Source of the DNA: an uncultured delta proteobacterium
Lineage (GTDB): Bacteria > Desulfobacterota > Binatia > Bin18
Reading direction: 5' to 3'
Length of the DNA: 64,000 nt
Assembly: GCA_963733195.1 (NCBI GenBank)
Contig: CAVTCR010000010.1
Location: 16,283-80,282, forward strand
Below the pieces are notes generated by a model, which worked only from the letters and a program-made list of their open reading frames with translations, searched no databases and was not told where the DNA came from. This document shows, in pieces, positions 30,604 through 41,670 of this stretch; positions within the stretch are counted from its first letter, which is position 1; the number at the start of each line of letters is the position of its first letter. A program made the position numbers and the translations under genes.

Positions 30604-32997
30604 TCACGGCGGCATAAGGTTATCGTTTTCCTCTTGCACTGGCTCCGGACTGTCGTTGGGATAATCAGTCGGAGGAGCATCGATAACACTCTCCCCCACA
30701 TCTGCGTTTGCCTCCGGCACGATCGTATCTGTTGTCTCTGGTGTATCAACGGTACCGTCTGGCTCAGGACCTACATCCGATTCGAGCACTTCCTCAGTGA
30801 GTGGTTCCGGTTGCTGAACAACGGGAACTTGCCTCTCAACAAGCTCATCAAGTGGCGTTCGTACCTCTGGCGTAATTGACGGAGCTAACACTACAGCTGG
30901 CTCTTGTATTGGGCGAGGGGCCTCAGTGCCAATAGGGGAAGGGGCGTTTGCATCGGCCATTGTTACCGATGGTGCTGGTGGTTGCGGCAACTGTGGCTCA
31001 GTACCACGGGCAAAAATTTCTAAGATCGCACGCGAAGAGATAGCTGTCGCTCTTTTGCCAGTCGCTGGGTTGATATGTGCGAACGTGATTTCATCAGGCA
31101 TGTGGAAGTCGTTGACTGGATGTTCGGCTAGCGCCTCTTTCATAAAGTCGGTCCAGATAGGCGCCGCAACTTTCCCCCCCGTTTCGCCTGACCCAAGTGG
31201 ACGTTTTTCGTCAAAACCGACCCATACTCCGGCTAACATCTCTGGCGTGTAGCCGATAAACCAAGCGTCTCCGTAATCGTTCGTTGTTCCGGTCTTCCCG
31301 GCTGCCGGACGGCCAAGTTCAAGGGCCGCTTTCCCGGTCCCTCGTTCGATAACACTCTTGAGCATGCTAGTCACCAGATAGGCAGTTTCTGCGGAAATCA
31401 CTGGAGTTTGCTTGAACGTCGCTTCATTCACGAGCGATCCGTTGCCATCAGTAATCTTGGCAATAAAAATTGGCTCAAAGAGCATCCCACCATTCGCAAA
31501 CACTCCATAGACACGGATCAGTTCGAGCAAAGACACTTCAGCAGCACCGAGCGAAACTGACAAATTAGGCGCGAGTGGTGATGTGATTCCTATCTTCGAG
31601 GCATACGACAGGAGGTACGGAAGGCCAATATTGTCGGCAATGCGCACGGTCGGTACGTTACGGGAGAAGGTTAACGCTTCACGTAAGCGTATGGGTCCCC
31701 GATACTTGCGATCTGCGTTTGCTGGTGACCACCGTTTTCCACGTCCGTCACGAAAGCTGATCGGCGAATCTTTCACAATCGAGGCCGGGGTGTACCCATG
31801 ATCTAATGCAGCAGCGTATATGACTGGCTTAAATACCGAACCAGGCTGACGCTTCGATTGGGTGGCCCGATTAAATTGGCTCCGGTTAAAGTCATATCCG
31901 CCAACCATCGCTTTGACTTGCCCAGTGGTCAGGTCAACCGCGAGCATGCCACCATCAACATGATTGCCATCTTTTCGTCGACAGATTCCTTCCCGCTTAC
32001 ACAACGAATCAATTCCATCACGGAACGCTTTTTCTGCTATGCGCTGCAGGTTGAGATCGACCGTCGTGAAAACTTCGAGTCCCAATTTCTCAGGCGCATC
32101 TGCTCCATAACGGCGCTCTAAGATTTGCCGCACATACTCAACATAGTACGGGGCAAGACCAGTGTACGAAGGTGGTGGCTGTTGCGAGGGAGCAACTTGT
32201 TCTTGCCACGCAGTCATCCCTTGCGCGTATGAAACATACCGCTCTTCCATCATGCGCTCGAGCACATAACGTTGACGCTGTTTTGCCCCTTCAAGATTTT
32301 TGAACGGATCATACACACTAGGGGCAGGCGCAAGACCAGCAATCATGGCAATTTCTGGTAACGTCAAGTCATTGACGCTTTTGTTGAAATACTCACGTGC
32401 AGCAGCTTCTACTCCGTAGGCACCGCTGCCAAGGTAAATCTGGTTCAGATACAGCTCAAGGATTTGTTCCTTGTTTAACTTTTGCTCCAAACGGAGCGCG
32501 AGAATCATCTCTTGGATCTTACGACGGTAACTCCGCTCCGGCGTTAAGAGGACGGTTTTCACAATTTGTTGAGTAATGGTGCTTCCCCCTTGCACCGTTT
32601 TCCCCTCATTCCAGTTGGTCAGAAACGCACGGGTAATCGCAGAGAAGTTCACACCGCGATGCTGGTAGAAATCTTTATCTTCCGCCGCAAGGACCGCGCG
32701 CTGCAACATGATGGGGATCTTGCCAAGCGCGAGTGGATAGCGCTTCTGGAGGTAAAACTCGCCCAGCAGCGTAGCGTTATCGCCGGCATATACCCGGGTG
32801 ACTGCTGGCGGAGTATGGCTGGCCAAGCTCTCAATTGGAGGGAGCTCACCAGCAATATCCTGGTAGAACACCCAGGCAGCGAACACCCCGCCGATCAGCG
32901 ATACGAGGATAAGAGAGCGAAATAAGAAACGGAAGAAGCGTCGTATACGTCTAGGGGGTGGCGCTTCCGAAGAAACCGACGAATTTTCATTAGCCAT
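30604..32997 (-). CDS. mrcA: Penicillin-binding protein 1A (transglycosylase/transpeptidase)
   Basis: EDKDFYQHRG, GGSTITQQ, RQPGSVFK, SRN, GKTGT. Confidence 0.9.
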   Translation of the reverse strand: MANENSSVSSEAPPPRRIRRFFRFLFRSLILVSLIGGVFAAWVFYQDIAGELPPIESLASHTPPAVTRVYAGDNATLLGEFYLQKRYPLALGKIPIMLQRAVLAAEDKDFYQHRGVNFSAITRAFLTNWNEGKTVQGGSTITQQIVKTVLLTPERSYRRKIQEMILALRLEQKLNKEQILELYLNQIYLGSGAYGVEAAAREYFNKSVNDLTLPEIAMIAGLAPAPSVYDPFKNLEGAKQRQRYVLERMMEERYVSYAQGMTAWQEQVAPSQQPPPSYTGLAPYYVEYVRQILERRYGADAPEKLGLEVFTTVDLNLQRIAEKAFRDGIDSLCKREGICRRKDGNHVDGGMLAVDLTTGQVKAMVGGYDFNRSQFNRATQSKRQPGSVFKPVIYAAALDHGYTPASIVKDSPISFRDGRGKRWSPANADRKYRGPIRLREALTFSRNVPTVRIADNIGLPYLLSYASKIGITSPLAPNLSVSLGAAEVSLLELIRVYGVFANGGMLFEPIFIAKITDGNGSLVNEATFKQTPVISAETAYLVTSMLKSVIERGTGKAALELGRPAAGKTGTTNDYGDAWFIGYTPEMLAGVWVGFDEKRPLGSGETGGKVAAPIWTDFMKEALAEHPVNDFHMPDEITFAHINPATGKRATAISSRAILEIFARGTEPQLPQPPAPSVTMADANAPSPIGTEAPRPIQEPAVVLAPSITPEVRTPLDELVERQVPVVQQPEPLTEEVLESDVGPEPDGTVDTPETTDTIVPEANADVGESVIDAPPTDYPNDSPEPVQEENDNLMPP

Positions 32998-33167
32998 GGA
33001 ATAACACGTAAGGAACGCTCATACGCCGTTGATAAGGAAATAGCAGTCGTCAGCAGTTCGTTCCTTCAGACTTCTCCTTTTAATAAAAGGGTAAGTGACA
33101 GCGTATCATAGCTACTCTTAAGGACACATCCAAGAGAGAGCAGCATATCCCCCAAAAGATCGATCCG

Positions 33168-33944
33168 CTACTGCACGTTACGAACGAAGTCGCTCACAAT
33201 ACGATTGAATTCGTCCGGACGTTCAAAATACGCCGAGTGTCCAGCCTGCGGAATTTTCACGAAGCGTGCGTGGGGAATCTGGTCAATAATACTTTCCATC
33301 ACCTGTGGGGGTGCAAGGACATCTTCTTCGCCCACTAGAAGAAGAGTCGGAATTTTGTGCTCGACGATCGGCTTTACGTTATGTTTCATACCAAAGAGCA
33401 TCGGAACCAGATTCGGGGAGACGTGCGTATTGAGCGTCGAGATCTGTTGATAGAGAAAACACAGTGCTGGTTCTCGTTCAGGAAAGCTTTTCGCGTATGC
33501 ATTCGTCAGGATTTGTTTGAGATTCCCCTGTGAACGCTCACGAATGTTGGCGTGAGATTTCACCGCCTCTGTCGTCTCAATCCCACCGGTGGTATCACAG
33601 AGAATCAACGCGCTGGCACGTTCCGGATGCGACGCAGCAAAGCCGCACACTGTCCAACCACCCATTGATTGCCCTGCAACAGCCGCCTTCTGAATGCCGA
33701 GGTGGTCGAGAAGTGCGGTGAGATCTTCGACAAAGGCGTTTGGTCCAGGACCGTTGGGCAGATCGCGCGATTGGCCAAAGCTACGATGGTCAAAGGTAAT
33801 GACTGTATAACGCGAGGCAAAAGCTGGCACTTGCTGCCACCAACTGAGGTGACTTCCTCCCCCCCCATGTGCAAAGACGAGCGCTGGGCCACTGCCATGG
33901 GTTTCATAATACAGCTCGATTCCGTTGATTTTAGCAAAGGGCAT
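33168..33944 (-). CDS. Alpha/beta fold hydrolase
   Basis: HGGGG, GQSMGG, GEED, AGH. Confidence 0.9.
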   Translation of the reverse strand: MPFAKINGIELYYETHGSGPALVFAHGGGGSHLSWWQQVPAFASRYTVITFDHRSFGQSRDLPNGPGPNAFVEDLTALLDHLGIQKAAVAGQSMGGWTVCGFAASHPERASALILCDTTGGIETTEAVKSHANIRERSQGNLKQILTNAYAKSFPEREPALCFLYQQISTLNTHVSPNLVPMLFGMKHNVKPIVEHKIPTLLLVGEEDVLAPPQVMESIIDQIPHARFVKIPQAGHSAYFERPDEFNRIVSDFVRNVQ

Positions 33945-34098
33945 AAGTTTTCCTCCTCGGGTTGGGGTTCTCAACCTTAAGCAGGGTAAAAGGGAAATGG
34001 GAAAAAGGGCAAACGGAAGAGGGAATCTTGCCGCTCAACTTTCCTTTCCTTTTCACCCCTTCCCTTTTCACCTTTTCTCCTGGCTCTCGTTCGTAATG

Positions 34099-35331
34099 TT
34101 ATACGTTCGCAGCTCGTTCAGCCATAATCTCCGCATTTGACGCCACGACTCGCTCGGCCTTAAGTTTGGCAATGTCGGCAACAGAATAGCCCAGGAGGTT
34201 GTGTAGCACTGATTCAGTGTGCTCCCCAAGCAAGGGGCCGGGTGCGGCAACGAACCCTGGTGTTGTAGAGAGGTGGATTGGCGGACCGTCGAGAACAACA
34301 TCCTCTCCTTCGGGAGTTGGCACCTGTGCCCAGTAACCGCGCGCTCGTAGTTGCGGGTCACGGTCCATATCCTCGCTATTTGCTACGATGCCAGCGGAAA
34401 CTCCAGCATGTTGAAGCGACTCCATAACCTCCCCGACCGTCCGTTGCTGTGTCCATTCTTCAACATAGCGGTCCAGGGCTTCCTGATGCTGCACTCGCGT
34501 GGTCAGCGTGGTGAATCGTGCGTCGTGCGTCCACACCGGGTTTCCTAATACACGACAGAATCCTTGCCATTCTTCCTCAGTAAAGACGGTAATGGCACAC
34601 CAACGGTCTTCACCGAGACAGCGGTACACACCGTGTGGCGCTGCAGGAGCTTCCTGAGAGCGATTCCCGAAGGGAGCACTTTCTGTTTTATTTACGAGAA
34701 TATCGAGAAGCGAGGGGCCAACGACACTCGAAATGGTCTCGAATTGTGAGAGATCGACAAACTGTCCCTGCCCGGTACGACGGCGATACCACAAGGCCAT
34801 CAACACAGCCAACGCGCCACTATAGCCGCCAGACATATCCGCGTAGGAATAGCCCCACCCAGCCGGCTCTTTTCCGTCGTGGCGCATAAGTAGCGTATAA
34901 CCAGACAAAGCTTGCAGCGTCGGACCATAGCTGACGTAGTCTTTGTGTGGACCGGTGTGACCAAAGCCGGACATGCTCACTGCAATAATGTCAGGTTTGA
35001 TCTGTTTGAGGCTCTCGTAATCCATCCCCCAGTTACGCATAACACGAGCACTGAAGTTGTCGATCACCACATCAGAAACTTTGACGAGCTGCTGAGCGAT
35101 TTCACGTCCGCGCGGGTCTGACATATTGATGACCGTACTCTGCTTACCGCGGAAAAGATTACCGGTGAATCCGCCACGACGAGAACCCAGGTCAAGAGAA
35201 TCTCGACGCTCAACCTTAATCACCTCAGCTCCCTGGTCAGCTAGGATACGTGTCGCCACTGGCCCAGCGACAACCCAGGTAAAGTCGAGAATACGAACAC
35301 CGTCTAACGCGCGTCGAGCTGGTTTGTCCAT
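34099..35331 (-). CDS. CaiB/BaiF family III CoA-transferase (catalytic Asp present)
   Basis: LDGVRILD, AGP, GAEVIKVE, SGFG, YAD. Confidence 0.92.
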   Translation of the reverse strand: MDKPARRALDGVRILDFTWVVAGPVATRILADQGAEVIKVERRDSLDLGSRRGGFTGNLFRGKQSTVINMSDPRGREIAQQLVKVSDVVIDNFSARVMRNWGMDYESLKQIKPDIIAVSMSGFGHTGPHKDYVSYGPTLQALSGYTLLMRHDGKEPAGWGYSYADMSGGYSGALAVLMALWYRRRTGQGQFVDLSQFETISSVVGPSLLDILVNKTESAPFGNRSQEAPAAPHGVYRCLGEDRWCAITVFTEEEWQGFCRVLGNPVWTHDARFTTLTTRVQHQEALDRYVEEWTQQRTVGEVMESLQHAGVSAGIVANSEDMDRDPQLRARGYWAQVPTPEGEDVVLDGPPIHLSTTPGFVAAPGPLLGEHTESVLHNLLGYSVADIAKLKAERVVASNAEIMAERAANV

Positions 35332-35434
35332 GTCAATCGATATTCACTAGCACTCTGTCCACTTGCATATGAAGGGTTGTCATTGCGAGCGCAGCGAAGT
35401 CGAAGGGTCGAGAAGCCAGTTTCCTGATTCTGGC

Positions 35435-36328
35435 TCACACTTTCTCCCCGGTGAGATGCGCCGCGATCTCCTGATAACGTGCGGCAGCTTGCGCAATAAT
35501 GTCAGGCGGCAGATGAGGAGCTGGCGGCTTACGATTCCACCCCAGCGAAATGAGATAATTGCGGATGATCTGCTTGTCGTAGCTATCCTGCGCTGCCCCT
35601 GGCTGATACACATCGGCTCGCCAGAAACGTGACGAGTCGGGCGTGAAGGCTTCATCAATCAGCAGGACTTGCCCCTCGCGCAGGCCAAATTCAAATTTGG
35701 TGTCGGCCAGGAAGAAACCTTTGGTCTCGGCAAACGCATGAGCTGCACGATACAGCGCGAGACTGAGATCACGTACTTGGGCCGCAAGACTAGAGCCGAC
35801 GAGCCGCTCAGCCTCCGAGAAGGGAATATTTTCATCATGCGCGCCGGCTTCGGCTTTCGTCGAAGGTGTAAATATCGGCTCAGGAAGTCGTTCGCTTTCT
35901 CGTAGCCCTTTCGGCAACTGAATGCCGCACACCGTGCCACTCGCGCGATACTCTTGCCAGCCGGAACCGGCAAGATAGCCACGGACGATGCATTCAACTG
36001 GGAGCGGTTGTGCCTTTTTTACTAGCATCGCCCGTCCGCTTAACATGTCGCGATAAGGACGACAGGGAGCCGGGAAATCGCTCACGTCAACTGAAACAAG
36101 ATGATTCGGCACGATATGTGACAAATAATTGAACCAAAACCGCGAGACTTGTGTCAGCACTCGCCCTTTGTGAGGAATACCATCAGGAAGAACGACATCA
36201 AACGCAGAGACACGATCAGTCGCCACGATAAGGAGAGCATCCTCCAGTTCGTAAATATCTCGCACTTTCCCGCGCCGTGGTGCGGGAAGCCCTTCAATAG
36301 CAGTGGACAACACCACTGAATCACTCAT
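35435..36328 (-). CDS. purC: SAICAR synthetase
   Basis: GKVRDIY, TDRVSAFD, ECIVRGYLAGSG, ADTKFEFG, TPDSSRFW. Confidence 0.96.
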   Translation of the reverse strand: MSDSVVLSTAIEGLPAPRRGKVRDIYELEDALLIVATDRVSAFDVVLPDGIPHKGRVLTQVSRFWFNYLSHIVPNHLVSVDVSDFPAPCRPYRDMLSGRAMLVKKAQPLPVECIVRGYLAGSGWQEYRASGTVCGIQLPKGLRESERLPEPIFTPSTKAEAGAHDENIPFSEAERLVGSSLAAQVRDLSLALYRAAHAFAETKGFFLADTKFEFGLREGQVLLIDEAFTPDSSRFWRADVYQPGAAQDSYDKQIIRNYLISLGWNRKPPAPHLPPDIIAQAAARYQEIAAHLTGEKV

Positions 36329-36383
36329 GACCAAGCCCTCTCCATCTCTTCTAAATTCTTACTTCTGACTTCTGCATTCTCTC

Positions 36384-38237
36384 TCAGTGAAGCGCTGTCG
36401 CCGCAGCCACTCTGGCGGTCGTTCCGGTCTGCGAGGCGATTGCTCTTAGCTCGTCACCGGAGATGACTTCCTTTTGCAGTAGCACTTCTGCCGCATCTCG
36501 CAAAGTGTTTTGTTGGGCAGTCAGCAAAGTCGTAACCCGTGTGTATTGTTCCTCGATGATACGCCGGACTTCGGCGTCAATTTCCTGGGCAGTAGATTCG
36601 CTGTAGTCACCATTATTTGAGGCTTGATTCGTACGCAAAAACAACGGCTGGCGTTCACCATCAAAACTCACCTTCCCCAACTTTTCGCTCATGCCATAGG
36701 CTTTGATCATGCTTTTGGCGATCTCCGTCGCTTTAAGCAGGTCGTCGCGTGCTCCGGTGGAAACCTCATGATAAATAATCTCCTCGGCAACGCGTCCCCC
36801 AAGCAATACGGCAATACGATTCTCTAATTCAGAGCGGGTCATGAGAAACCGATCTTCGGTCGGTAATTGCAGCGTGTACCCAAGCGCCGCCACCCCACGC
36901 GGAATGATCGAAATCTTCTGCACCGTATCAGACCCAGGAATCGCCAACGCTACCAGCGCATGCCCAACTTCATGGTGCGCAACACGCTCTTTTTCTTGTT
37001 TGTTGAGTACACGGTTTTTCTTCTCAAGGCCGGCAATCACACGCTCAACCGCCTCTTGCAGTTCAGACAAACCGACCTTGTCTTTCCCTCGTCGGACCGC
37101 TAGTAGTGCCGCTTCATTGACAATATTCGCCAAATCCGCTCCAGCAAATCCTGGCGTCATCGCCGCAATCACTTCCAGATCCTCTTCAGAGACGAGCGGT
37201 ACTTCGCGGGCATGCAGTTTCAATATAGCCAAGCGGCCAATCTTGTCTGGCCGGTCTACTAATACCTGGCGATCAAAACGCCCAGCCCGGAGGAGTGCGG
37301 GATCAAGAATCTCAGGTCGGTTAGTAGCCGCCACGAGAATAACGCCAGTCCGCGCATCAAACCCATCCATCTCGACGAGCAGTTGGTTTAGCGTTTGTTC
37401 GCGCTCTTCGTGTCCCATCGGCCCCATACCGCGAGCTTTGCCGAGAGCATCGAGTTCATCAATAAAGATAATACAGGGGGCTTTCTGCTTTGCTTGGACA
37501 AACAGGTCGCGCACCCGAGCCGCACCGACACCAACAAACATTTCGACAAATTCCGATCCACTGATCGAGAAGAACGGCACTGCCGCCTCCCCGGCAACTG
37601 CTTTGGCGAGTAGCGTCTTGCCAGTTCCTGGAGGGCCGACCAGCAAAATGCCCTTAGGAATCTTGCCACCTAAACGACGGAATTTTTCCGGAGTTTTGAG
37701 GAACTCAATAACTTCCTGTAGCTCGGTCTTGGCCTCATCAACGCCGGCAACATCGGCGAAGGTCACCTTGACATCCTTCTCCATGTAGATTTTGGCTTTG
37801 CTCTTGCCAATGGCAAGGAAGCCACCACCGAGTCCTTCACGTTGCGCAAAGCGGCGCATGAGAAATATCCACAAGCCAAAGAACAGCAGCGTAGGAAGGA
37901 CCCACGAAAGGAGATCATGGAGGAACGTGTCTTCGATCTCACCGGAAAATTTTACTTTATGCGTCTCGAGCTTATCGGCAAGGTCGGGTTCCACACGAAT
38001 AGTGACGAACTGTTGCGGATGCCCCTCTGGCGCTTCCTTCAGCTTCCCGCGTATCGATTCAGGACCGATCCGTATCTCTTCGACTTTCCCTTCAGAGAGA
38101 TAGGTTTGGAATTGGCTGTAGGGGATTTGCTCAATTGGGTTCGCATACTGCATCCATAAACTGTGCAGAATTACCACTCCCCAAACCGCAATAAAAATAT
38201 ATCCGAGATTAAACTTCGTCTTCTTATCCATAGGCAT
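36384..38237 (-). CDS. ftsH: ATP-dependent zinc metalloprotease FtsH
   Basis: Two [25 protein letters not shown]. Confidence 0.96.
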   Translation of the reverse strand: MPMDKKTKFNLGYIFIAVWGVVILHSLWMQYANPIEQIPYSQFQTYLSEGKVEEIRIGPESIRGKLKEAPEGHPQQFVTIRVEPDLADKLETHKVKFSGEIEDTFLHDLLSWVLPTLLFFGLWIFLMRRFAQREGLGGGFLAIGKSKAKIYMEKDVKVTFADVAGVDEAKTELQEVIEFLKTPEKFRRLGGKIPKGILLVGPPGTGKTLLAKAVAGEAAVPFFSISGSEFVEMFVGVGAARVRDLFVQAKQKAPCIIFIDELDALGKARGMGPMGHEEREQTLNQLLVEMDGFDARTGVILVAATNRPEILDPALLRAGRFDRQVLVDRPDKIGRLAILKLHAREVPLVSEEDLEVIAAMTPGFAGADLANIVNEAALLAVRRGKDKVGLSELQEAVERVIAGLEKKNRVLNKQEKERVAHHEVGHALVALAIPGSDTVQKISIIPRGVAALGYTLQLPTEDRFLMTRSELENRIAVLLGGRVAEEIIYHEVSTGARDDLLKATEIAKSMIKAYGMSEKLGKVSFDGERQPLFLRTNQASNNGDYSESTAQEIDAEVRRIIEEQYTRVTTLLTAQQNTLRDAAEVLLQKEVISGDELRAIASQTGTTARVAAATALH

Positions 38238-38448
38238 TCATTCCTAGAACAATACAGATGTTGCCTGTCTGACAGACAGGACAACTCTATTGTGAACGTC
38301 TCCAGGGGGTCAAGCAAGGAACCCGCAAAGTTAATGAAGAATGAAGAGTGAAAAGTGAAGAATGACAAAAAGGAGGGGGGCAAAACCAAAGCTGTTGAAT
38401 TCTTAATCTTCATTCTTAACTCTTCACTATTTTGCTGGGTTTCTGCAG

Positions 38449-39660
38449 TCAAATGGATCTCTCCCGCGCCAGCATCATCAGTTGGTCTATGCTGATACCG
38501 AGTTCTCCTTGGTAGATCTCCGCATTGTGTTCTCCGAGCAGTGGCGGACGGCGAGCAATACGCCAGGGTGAAACAGTAAAGAAAAAAGGACCGCCTGGGT
38601 AGCGAATAGAGCGACCCAATTCAGGATGATCAATGTCGGAAAAGAATCCGCGCGCATTGAGTTGTGGATCATCCACTAACGCTTCTGGTGGACGGACCAT
38701 CGCATAGGGAATGCGGCGGAGCTGGGCGCCTTCCATCAGTTCGGCGACACTGTAGTCTTTTGCCCACTCATCCAAGACATCAAACATATGCTCAGCGTTG
38801 TCCTTGCGATAAAATTGATCTTCCCATTGTGTCTCGCTCAGATCCTGGGCTTTATCGTCAGACTTCACCCATTCAACTAGTGAAGTCCAGTCGCCAAGAG
38901 AACAGTGCATGATATAACCGTCTTTACATTTGGCCACACGAAAGTAGCGACTCCAGTGCAAACTACCGTGGCGGGTCTGCACTCCCATTCCTTGATGATA
39001 AAATGGGGCAACATGTTCAACTGCAGCCGCAACCGCCTCTTGAATACTGACATCAACCCATTGCCCCTCCCCAATTGTGTCACGTGCCCACAGCGCTGAC
39101 ATGGTACCAATCGCCGCAAAAAACGACGCACTGTGATACGCTTGTAAGCCCAACGCTTGTAACGGCGCGTCATCAGGAAAGCCGTTGGTATAGATCATTC
39201 CTCCAAGCGCCTCGGCAACAGTGTCGGAAGATTTGTAATCACGATATGGGCCGGTTTGTCCAAACGGCGTAATTGAAGTCAGCACGAGTTGAGGATTGAG
39301 CCGCTTTAGCTTTTCATAACCCAAATCCAATTTTTCTAGTGTCCCTGGAGCGAAAGACTCGATTACGACATCAACTGTTGTCACAAGCTGCTTGAAGAGT
39401 TCCTGTCCGCCAGGTTTTTGCAGATCCAGCGTCACGCCTCGTTTACTGGTGTTGTAAAACCAATAAAGCAAACTGCGGTCATGGTGCGGCGTGTGGTCAA
39501 GAAACGGACCGATCGAGCGCATCGCATCGCCGCCCGGCGGCTCGATCTTGATGACATCCGCACCCATATCACCAAACAGCTTGGCACACAGCGCACCTTT
39601 GATATCGGTGAGATCGAGGATGCGGAGGTCGGAAAGAGCGGTCGGAGGAACATTGCTCAT
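38449..39660 (-). CDS. CaiB/BaiF family III CoA-transferase (catalytic Asp apparently absent)
   Basis: LSDLRILDL, GADVIKIEPPGG, ITPFGQTGP; QAYH where active members have an Asp. Confidence 0.9.
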   Translation of the reverse strand: MSNVPPTALSDLRILDLTDIKGALCAKLFGDMGADVIKIEPPGGDAMRSIGPFLDHTPHHDRSLLYWFYNTSKRGVTLDLQKPGGQELFKQLVTTVDVVIESFAPGTLEKLDLGYEKLKRLNPQLVLTSITPFGQTGPYRDYKSSDTVAEALGGMIYTNGFPDDAPLQALGLQAYHSASFFAAIGTMSALWARDTIGEGQWVDVSIQEAVAAAVEHVAPFYHQGMGVQTRHGSLHWSRYFRVAKCKDGYIMHCSLGDWTSLVEWVKSDDKAQDLSETQWEDQFYRKDNAEHMFDVLDEWAKDYSVAELMEGAQLRRIPYAMVRPPEALVDDPQLNARGFFSDIDHPELGRSIRYPGGPFFFTVSPWRIARRPPLLGEHNAEIYQGELGISIDQLMMLARERSI

Positions 39661-39727
39661 CGAGGAGAAATCTCCTTGCTACTCAGAAACAAAATCTTCA
39701 ACCCGTACCGGACACTTGTGGCAGCCC

Positions 39728-39806
39728 GTCATTCCGGGCAAGGCCGCAGGCCGCGACCCGGAATCCAGGAGCAAAATACTGGATTCCGGCTTTCGCTGGA
39801 ATGGCG
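39728..39806. repeat. REP-like palindrome (GTCATTCC...GGAATGGC type)
   Basis: GTCATTCCGG..CCGGAATCCAG / CTGGATTCCGG..GGAATGGC. Confidence 0.7.
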
Positions 39807-40171
39807 GGCAGGGATACGTCCCCTGTTTCTGCCTCCACGCTTAGCACCCGCGCTATGGACGACTCAGAAGAACTTTTCTAGCAGCGCCCTGACTTCTTGC
39901 AAGTCCTGCGAGGCCACTTCTCTGGGTGTTCGCTTTTCAAGACCATCATCCGGCCTTTGGCACTCCGAGGACGCAATCCTCAAACTCAACAAATGGGTTC
40001 AGGGATAGTTATACTGGCATTGGCGCGGTTAACGCTGATATGGACATCATCCTCGTGTTACGCGACGGACAGCAAGTGCCGTTGAAGTTTAATATGTATC
40101 GAGCCGTCTTCGGCAAACAATGAGACGGATCGACTTGTATCTAGGTATAACCAAGGTCATACTCACTGTCT

Positions 40172-40377
40172 ATGAAAACAGCGATCTCCCTTCCAGACCC
40201 ACTGTCACCGAAGCAGAACATGTTGCAAAACGGCTGCGCATCTCACGGAGCAAGTTGTATGCAACGGCTCTCTCACAGTTCTTGAAACAGTCCGGCTCTT
40301 GTGAGGTGACCGAACGCCTCAATGAAGTGTACGTGCAGGAATGGAGGTTATCCGTAAAGAAAAACGGCAATAAGTAG
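40172..40377 (+). pseudogene. Orphan ChpI/MazE-like RHH antitoxin, frameshifted; no toxin follows
   Basis: MKTAISLPD...AKRLRISRSKLYATAL...VTERLNEVY; upstream GGTATAACC palindrome at 40144. Confidence 0.7.
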
Positions 40378-40539
40378 TACTTCTCGATGAACGCTTTCGT
40401 AAACCGTACGAGCGTATGCCAGGGCCAGGGTGAAGGCGCTATTATTAGCTGTCATACGTCAAGGGACTAACGTGTAGAAGCGAAGAGGCATATAATTTCT
40501 TGTAGTCTTCATATGCAGAGAGAACAGTACGGAGCTCTT

Positions 40540-40854
40540 ATGAATCTGGAATTGCTTGAGGATGAACTGCAAGCGGTAACGCAGGCAGGGGCATATAAGT
40601 CCAAGGAAGAAGCGATTGGGCACGCGCTGGAGGTGCTGCTCGCCGCGAATCCGCAATTACGGTTGAATACAGCAATCGAACTGTATCGTCAGGAGAAAGT
40701 CACACTCTCCCGTGCGGCGGAGATCGCTGGGCTCGAATGGGACGCCTTCAAAGAAAAACTGAGGGAACGCGGTATAGAGGTAATGGTAGATGAATCACTA
40801 GACGATGTTCAGGCCGGAGCTGCACTCATTCGTCGTCTGCGTGACGCCTCATGA
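40540..40854 (+). CDS. UPF0175 family antitoxin-like protein
   Basis: AIELYRQEKVTLSRAAEIAGL..FKEKLRERGI. Confidence 0.8.
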   Translation: MNLELLEDELQAVTQAGAYKSKEEAIGHALEVLLAANPQLRLNTAIELYRQEKVTLSRAAEIAGLEWDAFKEKLRERGIEVMVDESLDDVQAGAALIRRLRDAS

Positions 40855-41356
40855 TACTTCGCTGACACCGATATCCTGTCTGCATTGGCAAAAGTCGGCC
40901 GCCTTTCTTTGCTTTTCTGCTCTCTTCTCGCGTGCCACGATTACAAATTGTCCCGGGTGTCTTCAAGGAAATCTCTCACAGTGTCACGCTAAGACGATCC
41001 TACGCGACGGAAATCCTTTCCCTGATTTCTAGCGCGCAAATTGAAGTGCTTTCCTTGAGCCAGGATGAAACAACTCTTTTGTAATACACTACCTTCTTCC
41101 TTGGGCGCAGGAGAGCGTGAGAGTATTGCGATTGCACGAGAACGAAAAGGAACCCTGCTCTCGAATGAATCACGTGTTGCTCACTACTGCCGACAGTATC
41201 AAATGCCCTGCATCCGCCTTCCGGACATCCTTCGGCTCTTTCTGGATCGAAGGCATTACTTCCAAGGATGAAGTTCAGGCCATTATCGTCGATTTGCAGA
41301 GCAAAGATAAGATGCAGTTTAAGCGATCCACCCTTGACGCAATTTTTGCCGACTAG
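40851..41356 (+). pseudogene. PIN-domain (DUF3368-like) toxin, frameshifted
   Basis: ADTDILSALAKVGRL, LGAGERESIAIA, LLSNE; ATGA overlap with the UPF0175 gene. Confidence 0.7.
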
Positions 41357-41378
41357 CAGGCTTCCTTAGCTCGTTTAC

Positions 41379-41444
41379 TTCCGAGAGGCGTATGCAGGGA
41401 AATTTCGCGTCGTCTACGCGCTCCCTGCCTTTCAGAAGAAATCC
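41379..41444 (+). pseudogene. RelE/HigB (Gp49-like) toxin fragment
   Basis: FREAYAGKFRVVYALPAFQKKS resembles the 'VYVLHAFQKKS' motif. Confidence 0.45.
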
Positions 41445-41670
41445 TGGTATCACGGGCACGTAGCAAAGATACAGTTTGTTAATGCGTTTGATGAGAGTCT
41501 AGAGTGAAGACTCCCGATTCGATTCTAGAGAGCGACTAAAGACATGGCGAAAGTTTTACCATCAAGTTCGTCGTAACGTACGGATTGATTGCTGGAGAAC
41601 GGCCATTACTGAGAGAAGGTTGGTTCTGATCTATTCCCTTCCATCTGCTCTCCCGACCACACAACATTTA

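Noticed and set aside
36841-37788. Long antisense ORFs (e.g. opposite ftsH, the IS and 51163..51933)
   Set aside because: Shadows of well-supported genes on the other strand
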